From a phage, in the sequence record PZ026127.1: a DNA stretch of 64,000 nucleotides; one strand, given 5' to 3'. Numbering within the stretch: position 1 is the stretch's first letter; every line of letters starts with the position of its first letter. The notes under the pieces were generated by a model. It was not told the origin of the DNA, did no database searches, and worked only from the letters and a program-made list of their open reading frames with translations. A program made the position numbers and the translations under genes. Shown here piece after piece: positions 18,920 through 28,546 of this stretch.

Positions 18920-19013
18920 TTAATTTTTATGCCTTAACCGAATCTATGAATGATATTATCCGGCGCATGGGTGTTGAGTATCCTGCTCAATGGTTATTTG
19001 TTGTAACTAATAC

Positions 19014-19241
19014 ATGGACTATCGTATGAACAAATTTCGTAATGCTGTTTCTGATATCCTGGCCAATATTACATTTGTCTTGTTTATCGTGTGCCTTTTA
19101 ATCCTGGTCGTCCCATTTGGATTGCTGTTTATGATTATTGGTGCCCTGAGTACTGAAAAAGGTCTTGAAGGGTCCGAGTTCGACAAACGAATCCAGGCTG
19201 TTCATAGTGTTATTGCAAAAATGATGAAGGTGAAAGAATGA
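19014..19241 (+). CDS. Hypothetical membrane protein
   Basis: 75 aa with central hydrophobic helix. Confidence 0.4.
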   Translation: MDYRMNKFRNAVSDILANITFVLFIVCLLILVVPFGLLFMIIGALSTEKGLEGSEFDKRIQAVHSVIAKMMKVKE

Positions 19242-19534
19242 AACGTTTTGAAGAATATGTAGCTTTGAATTGGACCGCTTGGGACAAGTTTGGTGATGAT
19301 TGGTACTTCCATGACTGTGACCTGAACCCTGAATTCTTTAAAGGTAAGGAAGACGACCTCAAGGACATCTATGCTCTGTCAGAGATTCATGGTATTAAAC
19401 CTACTGTCTATTTCTCTTTTGATGATACCGGGTTCCTTATCCAGATTTACGTCCCATACGGAACTAATGAAGACGAAGTTCTAAAAACTTGGGACTACCA
19501 AGGAGTTATTTCCTGTGGACCAAAAGTTAACTAA
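19238..19534 (+). CDS. Hypothetical protein
   Basis: 98-aa ORF. Confidence 0.4.
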   Translation: MKRFEEYVALNWTAWDKFGDDWYFHDCDLNPEFFKGKEDDLKDIYALSEIHGIKPTVYFSFDDTGFLIQIYVPYGTNEDEVLKTWDYQGVISCGPKVN

Positions 19535-19832
19535 AATTGAGATTTACGGTATCCCTGAGACAGTCATGCGCTGTCCAGGGTGCATTGCTGTTCTATCGCT
19601 CCTAAATTCCCTTTCTATCCCACATACTTTCTATCCTGTGATTAATCAGACGCCGTCAGGCGCAGTATATGACAAGCCTCTTATAGTATCATTGGCCAAA
19701 CGTGCAGGCTTCAAGAGCTTAGCGATACGCTATCCTGCCATATTTGTCGATAATAAGAAAATAGAAAATATTCCTGCCTTCAAATCGCTTTTGATTGAAC
19801 TTGGTTATGACCGAGATTTAATTGAAGATTAG
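19515..19832 (+). CDS. Glutaredoxin/NrdH-like redoxin (tentative)
   Basis: IYGIPET...CPGC motif near N-terminus resembles a thioredoxin-fold CxxC active site. Confidence 0.35.
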   Translation: MDQKLTKIEIYGIPETVMRCPGCIAVLSLLNSLSIPHTFYPVINQTPSGAVYDKPLIVSLAKRAGFKSLAIRYPAIFVDNKKIENIPAFKSLLIELGYDRDLIED

Positions 19833-19833
19833 T

Positions 19834-19886
19834 GTTTACTTCCTCTCCTCACGTGTTATAGTCTATCCTATCAACACATGAGGAGA
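19834..19886 (+). promoter_or_regulatory. Early promoter / stem-loop cassette (PeSL-like)
   Basis: GTTTAC 19834-19839; TGtTATAGT; inverted repeat CTCCTCACGTG (19845-19855) / CACATGAGGAG (19875-19885); ATG 19892. Confidence 0.55.
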
Positions 19887-19891
19887 ACATT

Positions 19892-20074
19892 ATGACTATC
19901 CAAGATAAAGAAATTAAAGCCGACCAGTATTATTTGGTAAATGGGCGTGCGGTTCGTGTAATTGCTGCTAGCGATTCAGACGTATGGTACCGTGTACTAG
20001 ACCATAGAAATATTCCATTGATGGTATGTGACCGTAGTTTGTTTTGTTCGATAGCTAAGGAAATTAAATTATGA
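19892..20074 (+). CDS. Hypothetical protein
   Basis: 60-aa ORF. Confidence 0.4.
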   Translation: MTIQDKEIKADQYYLVNGRAVRVIAASDSDVWYRVLDHRNIPLMVCDRSLFCSIAKEIKL

Positions 20075-20325
20075 GCCTGAAATTACACTCAATGAAAAAT
20101 ATCATTACCCTTAATCTGGATGATGAGCGCCTGATTTTTCTCACCGTCACTGATAAGAATATTGAAATCGCCAACGGCCCGAAAACTTATTGCTGTCCTG
20201 TTAAGAATTGGAAACGCGTAACATTTCTTACTCTGACCGAACGCCTGAAAGATATTAAGTTGGATTTGGATGTCAAAGATGTCCAATACATTAAAAATCT
20301 TATTGGATACAAACTGCTGAGGTAA
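20071..20325 (+). CDS. Hypothetical protein
   Basis: 84-aa ORF. Confidence 0.4.
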   Translation: MSLKLHSMKNIITLNLDDERLIFLTVTDKNIEIANGPKTYCCPVKNWKRVTFLTLTERLKDIKLDLDVKDVQYIKNLIGYKLLR

Positions 20326-20327
20326 CT

Positions 20328-20621
20328 ATGGGTAAAACTATTCGTCGTAAAGAATTGTCTGTAAAAGATTTTTATTATTCCGGACGTCGTAAAGCACCGG
20401 ACGGCGTAAGTCAGGAACTGGTTGAAGAAAATATCTTCCGTTCCGACAAGTGGAAACGTATGCGCGGTGTTGATTCTGAAGTTAAGAACGAAATGAACCG
20501 CCAGCTTCGTAAAGAAGTGAGAAAGCTGAAAAAAGATGTTTACAATGACGATGAACCTGATTACAATACTTCTCATCGAGTTGCAAAACGTAAATCAAAC
20601 GAATGTTATCGTTATAGCTGA
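20328..20621 (+). CDS. Hypothetical basic protein
   Basis: 97-aa, Lys/Arg-rich ORF. Confidence 0.4.
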   Translation: MGKTIRRKELSVKDFYYSGRRKAPDGVSQELVEENIFRSDKWKRMRGVDSEVKNEMNRQLRKEVRKLKKDVYNDDEPDYNTSHRVAKRKSNECYRYS

Positions 20622-20760
20622 GGAAAATATGAATATCAAACGAATGCTTTTTAAGCAAGGACTATACACTTTAAATGTTAGTCCAAAGGGCGATACAACC
20701 ACGTGGTCAGTAAATGACTGGATTAAATTCATTGATAAACACGGAAACTGGAAAATTTAA

Positions 20761-20961
20761 ATGAATCCTGAATCTAAATTATCACAGCGAATTGCTGAAG
20801 CTCGTCGTCAGTTCTTTGAAAATATGATAGCCCAAGGTATTGATGACGAAGTTTTTCTGAACTGGTTTTGGAACCACAAATATTCAAGTTGTTCAGGCGC
20901 TTTATTAATTTCAGCTGCATCTATGTACGAAGGCTGGAAAGGTGCAATGAGTCAAAAATAG
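20761..20961 (+). CDS. Hypothetical protein
   Basis: 66-aa ORF. Confidence 0.35.
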   Translation: MNPESKLSQRIAEARRQFFENMIAQGIDDEVFLNWFWNHKYSSCSGALLISAASMYEGWKGAMSQK

Positions 20962-20990
20962 TTTACAAACTCTTGGGACCAGAGTATAAT
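20961..20990 (+). promoter_or_regulatory. Sigma70-type early promoter
   Basis: GTTTAC 20961-20966, 18-nt spacer, TATAAT 20985-20990, flanked by GGACC/GGTCC repeat. Confidence 0.5.
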
Positions 20991-21029
20991 GGTCCTACGG
21001 ATTATAACTTTAAAACTGAGGAAATTATT

Positions 21030-21359
21030 ATGTCACAAGCTATTAAAAACGTACTGAACTCTTTCGCTTTCGATAAAGTAAACGAACTGATGAATACCGG
21101 TTTTGTGACTCCTCAGGTTCTTGACCAATGGGTTGCTGAACTGCTGCCAATCATGCACTCTAAAGACCAGAAAATTGGTAAGAACGGTATTCGTGAAATC
21201 CTGGTTCAATATATCCTTGATGAATTCGATGTCGCTGCCTTTGGTGTTGAATCCAAAGCTTGGTGCCCTGGTGAAATCACGGATAAAACTATCCGTCGTA
21301 TGAAAAACCAACGTAAGAAAAAATTCGTTGACCTGAAAATTGTTAAGGCAGCGAAATGA
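21030..21359 (+). CDS. Hypothetical protein
   Basis: Start at ATG 21030 downstream of promoter. Confidence 0.45.
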   Translation: MSQAIKNVLNSFAFDKVNELMNTGFVTPQVLDQWVAELLPIMHSKDQKIGKNGIREILVQYILDEFDVAAFGVESKAWCPGEITDKTIRRMKNQRKKKFVDLKIVKAAK

Positions 21360-21622
21360 TTAAAATAAAACTCTCTAATTACGATAAAAACTTGGAAATG
21401 ATTGCTATGAAAGAAGAACTCTTGAATGATGTCCGCTTTACCGGTTATGCAGTTCAATTTAATGGTGATGGGACTCTCCAGATTGAGGGTGACCACTTTA
21501 TCATCGAATACGAATTTAAACAGTACTGGCTTTATGCGAAGGATGAAGTTGGCGGTGTTGATTACGTCGACGAGTTCGATAACCTAGATGATGCCTTGGA
21601 AGGAGCTCGATTCCTACAATGA
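21356..21622 (+). CDS. Hypothetical protein
   Basis: 88-aa ORF. Confidence 0.4.
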   Translation: MIKIKLSNYDKNLEMIAMKEELLNDVRFTGYAVQFNGDGTLQIEGDHFIIEYEFKQYWLYAKDEVGGVDYVDEFDNLDDALEGARFLQ

Positions 21623-21882
21623 AACCCATATCCACCACCCTCGCCTACGAAGGTCTCGGATTTTTCTTAATAGATAACTGTATGGATGTTGAGTTTGTTT
21701 GTGGTGAGACTTCTTTAGTATGGAAGTCTCATATTTCCAAATACAACCATCGCGAATATCCAGGTCTTTTTAAAGAATTTTGTGGATATATGTCTGAACA
21801 TGGATGTACTGATACAATTTCTTATTCCGAGTTCACACAAATCCTTGAAACCGTATTTCAGGCTTATTGCTTACTCCGTTGA
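21619..21882 (+). CDS. Hypothetical protein
   Basis: 87-aa ORF. Confidence 0.4.
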   Translation: MKPISTTLAYEGLGFFLIDNCMDVEFVCGETSLVWKSHISKYNHREYPGLFKEFCGYMSEHGCTDTISYSEFTQILETVFQAYCLLR

Positions 21883-21948
21883 TGCTTTAAAAGGGTCTTC
21901 AAATACTATGATATAATAGACCTATGATTTGAGTTATCTGAGGTAACA

Positions 21949-22506
21949 ATGACCGAAATTAAACTGACTAAAAATAACTATGTAAATAATAAGGAGCTTC
22001 TGAAAGCTATCACCCAATGGAAAACAGAACTCAGAGAAAATACCGATCCTAATAAAATAGTTCGCCAGAACGACGTTATCGGCTTGGCTATTATGCTCAT
22101 TGCTGAAGGACTAAGTAAACGTTTCAACTTCTCAGGATATACCCAATCTTGGAAGCAAGAAATGATTGCTGATGGAATCGAAGCTTCGATTAAAGGTCTT
22201 CACAACTTCGACGAAACAAAATACGACAACCCACATGCATATATCACTATGGCTTGTTTTAATGCCTTCGTTCAGCGTATCAAAAAAGAACGTAAAGAAA
22301 TGGCAAAGAAATATAGCTACTTCGTCCATAATGTCTATGACAGTAATGATGACGACATGGTAGGTATTGCAGATGAAACCTTTATCCAAGATATCTACGA
22401 CAAAATGACTCAGTATGAAACCTCTTTAACTAAAGCACCAGGGTCTGATAAGAGTGCCGAACCTAAAGTTGGTGAACTGGATTTTTTATATGGAACATCA
22501 GATTAA
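21949..22506 (+). CDS. 55: Late-transcription sigma factor gp55
   Basis: 185 aa; very strong match to T4 gp55 (NYVNNKELL, [55 protein letters not shown]). Confidence 0.93.
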   Translation: MTEIKLTKNNYVNNKELLKAITQWKTELRENTDPNKIVRQNDVIGLAIMLIAEGLSKRFNFSGYTQSWKQEMIADGIEASIKGLHNFDETKYDNPHAYITMACFNAFVQRIKKERKEMAKKYSYFVHNVYDSNDDDMVGIADETFIQDIYDKMTQYETSLTKAPGSDKSAEPKVGELDFLYGTSD

Positions 22507-22720
22507 TATCACTCCACTTTTAGATGGAATGGAAGACTTCGAAGCACTCCCTTATTTTATTAAATTGATATTACGGGATGTTAAAGGTCTTCCTATTGAT
22601 ATTGACCCACTTAACGTCAGGAATATTGAATTCACTTCTCCTGACAATAACGTAGATTACCGTTATCATGTTGAGAACGCTAATTTCTACTTCACTATTG
22701 AATTGACTCCAAAGGATTAA
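22490..22720 (+). CDS. Hypothetical protein
   Basis: ORF overlapping 3' end of 55; start uncertain. Confidence 0.3.
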   Translation: MEHQINITPLLDGMEDFEALPYFIKLILRDVKGLPIDIDPLNVRNIEFTSPDNNVDYRYHVENANFYFTIELTPKD

Positions 22721-22721
22721 T

Positions 22722-23033
22722 ATGCAAAGCCATGACATTTCTCAATTGACTGATGAGCAAATTGAAGAAGCCCAGCAACGTTTAGAAGAGCACAATATTA
22801 AAGAAGCTAATTCTCAAGCGGCTAAGATTCTTAAGAAGAATGCTCGTGAAATCCGTCGTTTAAATCTCCATGCCCAAGGCGCTGTACTTGAAAACAACTT
22901 TGAAGCATATAAGTACGCTTTAATTAAATTACGTGGTATTTACCGTCAACCTGTTACTGATGAACTTGTTCAATTGATGTGGGAATCTACCCGCAAACAA
23001 ATTTGGGAAATCGTCAATGGCCCTAGTAAATAA
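22722..23033 (+). CDS. Hypothetical protein
   Basis: 103-aa ORF. Confidence 0.4.
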   Translation: MQSHDISQLTDEQIEEAQQRLEEHNIKEANSQAAKILKKNAREIRRLNLHAQGAVLENNFEAYKYALIKLRGIYRQPVTDELVQLMWESTRKQIWEIVNGPSK

Positions 23034-23217
23034 ACCCTTTAAACGGCTTCTTATTGGAGCCGCCTTTAGACTTCGCTCATACGGTAATATCTGTATTAAG
23101 CAGTCCGAAACCGAATATAAAATGGTCGGCCAGTATTCCGATGGAATTTTTCGGATTGAGCCCGTAGCCAAGGTTTGGGTGGATTCACACCAACTTAAGA
23201 AATGGTGGCAACGATGA
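23017..23217 (+). CDS. Hypothetical protein
   Basis: 66-aa ORF. Confidence 0.3.
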   Translation: MALVNKPFKRLLIGAAFRLRSYGNICIKQSETEYKMVGQYSDGIFRIEPVAKVWVDSHQLKKWWQR

Positions 23218-23275
23218 TAACATGGACAGGCGGCTAATGAAAGACGAATACGAAAAAGTTTAAGAGGTTGTATGA

Positions 23276-23449
23276 ATGACGAATTCGATGGATTTTGATA
23301 AGATTAAATCTGACAAAAACGAGATGATTCTTCAATTTGAAGCCGCTCGTATTAAAGCAGAAAACGAAGGTACTATTACATATAAGCCTATCAAGTTCAG
23401 GTCTAATCACGAACCTCTGTACGGTGTATTAGTTGGTAAAGGAGCTTAG
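23276..23449 (+). CDS. Hypothetical small protein
   Basis: 57-aa ORF ending inside the terminator hairpin. Confidence 0.3.
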   Translation: MTNSMDFDKIKSDKNEMILQFEAARIKAENEGTITYKPIKFRSNHEPLYGVLVGKGA

Positions 23450-23461
23450 GCTCCTTTTTTG
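23439..23461 (+). terminator. Rho-independent terminator
   Basis: GGAGC-TTAG-GCTCC followed by TTTTTT. Confidence 0.6.
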
Positions 23462-23503
23462 CTTTATATTCGGATGATAAAATGAACCAACTGAGGAGAA
23501 CAT

Positions 23504-23647
23504 ATGGAACTACTTTTAGGATATGTCGTGTTATTCATGGCATTCTACACATTCACACGAGCCTGTTGGATAGGATTCTTTTCTACTCCTGATGGGTTCA
23601 TCTCAATAATTTTATTTTGCATTGCGATAACGGTGCTCGGCTTATGA
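23504..23647 (+). CDS. Small hydrophobic membrane peptide
   Basis: 47-aa ORF with SD GAGGAGAA; stop overlaps start of gene 47. Confidence 0.35.
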   Translation: MELLLGYVVLFMAFYTFTRACWIGFFSTPDGFISIILFCIAITVLGL

Positions 23648-24666
23648 AAATATTAAACACAGGTGACTGGCACCTTGGAGTGAAGAACGACGACCCTTGG
23701 GTGCAAAATATTCAATTGGCAGGCATTAAAGACGCCATCAATTATTCTAAAGCAAATGGTATCACTGTCTGGATTCAGTATGGTGATATTTTTGATGTTC
23801 GTAAAGCAATTACTCATAAGTGCATGGAATTTGCCAGACATATTTCAGATTTGCTTAAAGAAAATGGCATTACCATGTATACTGTTGTTGGTAACCATGA
23901 TGCACACTACAAAAATACCTTGACTCCGAACGCTGCTTCTGAAGTTCTGGGTAAATACGACCATATCAAGGTTATTGAGAAACCTACTACGGTTAATTTT
24001 GATGGTACAGAAATTGATTTGATTCCATGGATGTGTGAAGAAAACACGACCGATATCATGGACCATATCAAAAATACTACTGCCGATTTCTGTATTGGCC
24101 ACTGGGAATTAAATGGTTTCTATTTCTATAAAGGAATGAAATCACATGGTTTAGAACCTGATTTCCTTAAGAAGTATAAGCAAGTATGGTCTGGTCACTT
24201 CCACACCATTTCTGATGCAGCAAACGTCAAGTATATTGGTACGCCATGGACCCTGACTGCAGGTGATGAGAACGACCCTCGTGGCTTCTGGATTTTCGAT
24301 ACAGAAACCCATAAAATGGATTTCATCATCAATGAAACTTGTTGGCATCGTAAGATTCATTATCCGAATGCGACTATCGATTACAAAGATTTTACAAATA
24401 TTGCGGTTCGTGTTATAGTCGATAAAATTGATGACGGGCTTACCAAGTTCGAATCTGAACTTGAAAAGGTTGTTCACTCTTTACGTATTGTGTCTAAGGT
24501 AGATAACAGTGTTGATATCGATGATTCTGAAGAGGAAGATGAAGTTAAGTCCCTCTTGGATATGATGTATGATTATATCGATGCCCTTCCTGATGGCCGC
24601 ACTGAAGACGATGTTAAAGCCCTTAAGACTATGGCCGCACAACTTTATAATGAGGTTACACGATGA
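23644..24666 (+). CDS. 47: Recombination nuclease gp47 (Mre11/SbcD-like)
   Basis: Phosphoesterase motifs GDWHLG, GDIFD, GNHD, GHxH; located next to gp46 homolog. Confidence 0.88.
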   Translation: MKILNTGDWHLGVKNDDPWVQNIQLAGIKDAINYSKANGITVWIQYGDIFDVRKAITHKCMEFARHISDLLKENGITMYTVVGNHDAHYKNTLTPNAASEVLGKYDHIKVIEKPTTVNFDGTEIDLIPWMCEENTTDIMDHIKNTTADFCIGHWELNGFYFYKGMKSHGLEPDFLKKYKQVWSGHFHTISDAANVKYIGTPWTLTAGDENDPRGFWIFDTETHKMDFIINETCWHRKIHYPNATIDYKDFTNIAVRVIVDKIDDGLTKFESELEKVVHSLRIVSKVDNSVDIDDSEEEDEVKSLLDMMYDYIDALPDGRTEDDVKALKTMAAQLYNEVTR

Positions 24667-24926
24667 CTTTAGATGAATTCAAAAAATCGGGACTTGAACT
24701 AGAACACGACTGCATCGTTATTGATGACGACGGACAAACGAGTATTATTAAGTTCTGGTTTGAAGCCGTGAGCACTCGCGACACCAACGAGCTTATTAAA
24801 GTTTATGTTGCTACTGATTGGGCTGTGGAATTTAGCTTTAATGTAATGGTAGATGATACTCCAGAAACATTAATTCATATGGCTGAATCATGCATCAAGG
24901 ATGCTTATAACGATGAAGACTTTTAA
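24663..24926 (+). CDS. Hypothetical protein
   Basis: 87-aa ORF between 47 and 46. Confidence 0.35.
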   Translation: MTLDEFKKSGLELEHDCIVIDDDGQTSIIKFWFEAVSTRDTNELIKVYVATDWAVEFSFNVMVDDTPETLIHMAESCIKDAYNDEDF

Positions 24927-26595
24927 GTTAAAGAAAGTAACGTATAAAAATATTATGTCGGTAGGGCAGCAGCCCATTACAATTCAACTTGACAAGGTCC
25001 AAAAGACCTTAGTCACCGGTAAAAATGGTGCAGGGAAATCTACTTTCCTTGAAGCCGTTACATTTGCTCTGTTCGGTAAGCCTTTTCGTGATGTTAAGAA
25101 AGGGCAGTTGATTAACTCAAGTAATAAGAAAGACCTTTTGGTCGAACTGTGGATGGAATATGATGGCAAAGAATACTATATCAAGCGCGGGCAAAAACCC
25201 AATATTTTTGAAATCTCTTGTGGCGGTGAACGTCTTGATGAATCTGCCAGCAGTAAAGACTTCCAAGCAGAATTTGAACAGCTTATCGGAATGTCATATA
25301 CCAGTTTCAAACAGATTGTCGTACTTGGTACAGCAGGGTATACCCCTTTCATGGGTTTGTCGACCCCTGCGCGCCGAAAGCTTGTGGAAGACCTCTTAGA
25401 GGTTTCTGTATTAGCGGATATGGACAAGTTGAACAAATCTTTGATTCGTGAGACTAATAGCCAAATCCAAGTAATCGACGTTAAACAGGATTCTATTATC
25501 CAGCAAATTAAAATTTATAATGACAACGAAGAACGTCAGCGTAAATTATCAGGTGAGAACGCAGCACGTCTACAAACAATGTACGATGAGCTCGTTAAAG
25601 AAGCCAGGACTGCGAAGGGCAATATAGAAAAACTGACTGATGAATTACTCAATGTCATCGTCGATGATGACCCTAGCAACTCTATGAGTGACCTGAGCAA
25701 TAAAGGATTTGCAATCAAGAATGATATGGCAACCTTTACTAAGGTCGTGAAATTATACGAAACCGGTGGTAGTTGTCCTACATGTATGCAAGGACTGGAA
25801 GAGCATGGGAACATCCTTACTAAAATTAAGGACAAGAACTTTGAACTTCAAAAATCTTTGGATAAGATTAATGAGCAGTACCAAGAACTCAAGCTCATTA
25901 AGGACCAAGTAACCGAACAACGTAATAAAGCGCTGGCTATTAAATCTCAGATAGCTACTCATAAGCAACAAGCCATTACTGCCGTAGAGAAAGCTAAAAA
26001 AGTTAAAGTATTAATCGACCAAGCAGCTGCTGAGTTCGTAAGTAATGCCGAAGAGATTGCCACGCTTCAAGCAGAGCTTGATAAAATCGTCTCTACCAAA
26101 TCGTCCTTGGTAATGGAAAAATACCATCGTGGAATTCTGACAGAAATGTTGAAGGATACTGGTATTAAAGGTTCCATTATTAAGAAATACATTCCTATCT
26201 TTAATAAGCAGATAAATTCTTATTTGAAGATTATGGAAGCGGACTACGTCTTTACACTAGACGAAGAGTTCAATGAGACGATTAAATCACGTGGACGTGA
26301 AGACTTTAGTTATGCTTCATTTTCACAGGGTGAGAAAGCACGTATTGATATCGCACTACTTTTTACATGGCGCGATATTGCTTCTAAGGTATCAGGTGTT
26401 AATATCAGCACGTTAATTCTTGATGAGGTATTTGACAGTGCTACTGACGCTGAAGGCGTTAAGACCATTGCAACCATCTTGAATAGCCTTGAGGATACGA
26501 ACGTGTTCATTATCTCTCACCGAGACCATGACCCACAAGCTTATGGCCAACATCTTCAAATGAAGAAAGTTGGACGATTCACGGTGATGGAATGA
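24913..26595 (+). CDS. 46: Recombination ATPase gp46 (Rad50/SbcC-like)
   Basis: N-terminal Walker A GKNGAGKST, coiled-coil middle with CPTC zinc hook, C-terminal signature SGGE-like and Walker B LILDEVFD. Confidence 0.9.
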   Translation: MKTFKLKKVTYKNIMSVGQQPITIQLDKVQKTLVTGKNGAGKSTFLEAVTFALFGKPFRDVKKGQLINSSNKKDLLVELWMEYDGKEYYIKRGQKPNIFEISCGGERLDESASSKDFQAEFEQLIGMSYTSFKQIVVLGTAGYTPFMGLSTPARRKLVEDLLEVSVLADMDKLNKSLIRETNSQIQVIDVKQDSIIQQIKIYNDNEERQRKLSGENAARLQTMYDELVKEARTAKGNIEKLTDELLNVIVDDDPSNSMSDLSNKGFAIKNDMATFTKVVKLYETGGSCPTCMQGLEEHGNILTKIKDKNFELQKSLDKINEQYQELKLIKDQVTEQRNKALAIKSQIATHKQQAITAVEKAKKVKVLIDQAAAEFVSNAEEIATLQAELDKIVSTKSSLVMEKYHRGILTEMLKDTGIKGSIIKKYIPIFNKQINSYLKIMEADYVFTLDEEFNETIKSRGREDFSYASFSQGEKARIDIALLFTWRDIASKVSGVNISTLILDEVFDSATDAEGVKTIATILNSLEDTNVFIISHRDHDPQAYGQHLQMKKVGRFTVME

Positions 26596-26783
26596 GTGAT
26601 TTTATAACAGGCCAGCATTTGTTGGCCGTTCCTGAACTAAAGCGGTATGTTTTAGTTAATAACTTCTCTGGAGACGAACATCTTGTTACTGAAGATTATC
26701 TCCGAAATGCTTTTAAGTCAGAGTATGATAGAATCATGTCGAACAGGAATCCTGCCTGGTTCGTTTATGAATACTTTGATTAA
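26592..26783 (+). CDS. Hypothetical protein
   Basis: 63-aa ORF. Confidence 0.35.
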   Translation: MSDFITGQHLLAVPELKRYVLVNNFSGDEHLVTEDYLRNAFKSEYDRIMSNRNPAWFVYEYFD

Positions 26784-26843
26784 ATTAAGTGCTTTAAAAT
26801 ATTGATTTATAATACATCTACCAACCAAATGAGAGAAAATATT

Positions 26844-27257
26844 ATGTTTGCTAACGCTATTACTGTTAAAGATATCCAAGTTAAAACCATTCGTACTGAT
26901 TCCAACCCACATAATCAAAACCGTATCCGTAAATCATGGGTACTGAATATTGATACCGACTCTGCACGTCGTCTGCAGTCTCTTCCACAAGAAACTAAGT
27001 TCATGCTCTACGGTATCATTGATAACGACGTATCCGATAAGTGGGTAGAAATTATGCGTCGCCACTATAATGATTCACTGGCCGCAGGTGCTAAACTGGT
27101 TATCGACCGTGATGGTTCTGAACGTCTCGAAGATGATTATTGTGTAGATTTTGACGAACAACTGCTTGAAGCTGGTGCTATTGTTGCTTCCCAGATTCCA
27201 GAGTATATTGAATCTCTGCCTGAATCCATTCGTAAACAAATGATCGTTATTGCTTAA
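26844..27257 (+). CDS. rpbA: RNA polymerase-binding protein RpbA-like
   Basis: Position between 46 and 45 as in T4; assignment positional. Confidence 0.45.
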   Translation: MFANAITVKDIQVKTIRTDSNPHNQNRIRKSWVLNIDTDSARRLQSLPQETKFMLYGIIDNDVSDKWVEIMRRHYNDSLAAGAKLVIDRDGSERLEDDYCVDFDEQLLEAGAIVASQIPEYIESLPESIRKQMIVIA

Positions 27258-27281
27258 TTTTTGACTTGATAAGGAAACATT

Positions 27282-27980
27282 ATGAAATTCTCTAAAGAAA
27301 CTCTGAACATTCTGAAAAACTTCTCCAGTATTAACCCAGGTATCATGCTTAAGCCTGGTAACACTATTCTAACTCGTTCAGTAACGGGTGCAAGTTATGG
27401 TGAAGCTACTGTAAGCGATACCTTTGATATCGAAGCCGCAATCTACGACCTGAACGGCTTCTTAAGTATTCTGTCATTGGTATCCGATAGTGCTGAAGTT
27501 TCAGTAAGTGAAGACCAAACCACTTTAATTATTAAAGACCAACGTTCAACTATTAAGTGGCCTATTGCTGACCCAAGTACAATTGCATTCCCAAGCAAAG
27601 CTATTCCATTCCCGGTGGCTGAAGTTATTTTTGACCTTAAAGCCGAAGATTACCAACAGTTGATGCGTGTGTCCTCTGGATTGAGTATTGATACATTTGC
27701 TATCACTGTAGACAACGGTAAAATTGTAATCAATGGCTACAAACAAGTTGATGATAAGGACCTGGCACGTCCATTGTATTCCTTAGTGGTTGCAGACCAT
27801 GATGGTCCTGAATTCAAATTCATTATCAACAAAACCAATATGAAAATGATGCCTGCTGATTACCATGTATTGCTATGGGCTCGTGGTGAAGGTCAGGATG
27901 CTCGTTTCGCAGCCAAGTTTGAAGGTTCACAAGCTTCTTATGTATTGGCTATGGAAGCAGGCTCAAGCCACTCGTTCTAA
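27282..27980 (+). CDS. 45: Sliding clamp gp45
   Basis: 232 aa; strong match to T4 gp45 (LKNFxxINxGIMLK, AAIYDLNGFLxILSLVxD, KWPxADPST, MKMxPxxYxxLLWA). Confidence 0.93.
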   Translation: MKFSKETLNILKNFSSINPGIMLKPGNTILTRSVTGASYGEATVSDTFDIEAAIYDLNGFLSILSLVSDSAEVSVSEDQTTLIIKDQRSTIKWPIADPSTIAFPSKAIPFPVAEVIFDLKAEDYQQLMRVSSGLSIDTFAITVDNGKIVINGYKQVDDKDLARPLYSLVVADHDGPEFKFIINKTNMKMMPADYHVLLWARGEGQDARFAAKFEGSQASYVLAMEAGSSHSF

Positions 27981-28546
27981 TGTACATTTGCTATCATAAT
28001 ACAATAACAAATACCAAAACTAAGGATGTCTACCATTATTTCGGTAGACACCGTGTTACTCCTGAAGAATATTATGGTACTGGTAAATTTGTTAAGAAAT
28101 GCAAACGAGAAAATGCTATAACTCCTGGTGTTTGGGAGTTTAGTATTGAGATTGTCCACAAAACGGATACATTTAAAGAAGCCAAACTTATTGAAGAGGC
28201 CCTTGTTAAAGAAGGTATTGCCAAGTATGGTTCACTTTGTGTTAATAAAGCTCCCGGCGGTCCGGGTGGCGTAGATTTCCACAGTGCTGAATCTAAACGT
28301 AAGATGTCTATCACCCGAACCGGAAAATCAAGAACATTTTCCGAAAGCCATAAGCTTAATTGCTCTAAATGGCAACGCTCTGAAATATGGCAGAATTATG
28401 AAGAGCTCCATAAGATTTGGATAGAACTTGGTATGCCTAAAAAGGGTAGATTTAGTACGCTTTTACAAAATTATGGATATAATTATTCTGCAAACGAATT
28501 GAATAAAATTGTTAAACATTTTAATGAGGAAAATAATAATGAGTAA
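27980..28546 (+). CDS. Putative free-standing GIY-YIG-type homing endonuclease (Seg-like)
   Basis: Inserted between 45 and 44; N-terminal YICYHNTITNTKTKDVYHYFGRH (GIY-YIG-like), PGGPGG, NUMOD3-like repeat SAESKRKMSITRTGKSRTFSESHKLNCSK. Confidence 0.55.
   Translation: MYICYHNTITNTKTKDVYHYFGRHRVTPEEYYGTGKFVKKCKRENAITPGVWEFSIEIVHKTDTFKEAKLIEEALVKEGIAKYGSLCVNKAPGGPGGVDFHSAESKRKMSITRTGKSRTFSESHKLNCSKWQRSEIWQNYEELHKIWIELGMPKKGRFSTLLQNYGYNYSANELNKIVKHFNEENNNE

Noticed and set aside
21883-21889. MotA-box-like TGCTTTA upstream of gene 55
   Set aside because: Spacing to the -10 element (about 23 nt) does not fit T4 middle-promoter geometry.
22500-23640. Alpha-glucosyltransferase between 55 and 47
   Set aside because: Only small ORFs under 110 aa occupy this interval; nothing of alpha-gt size (about 400 aa).
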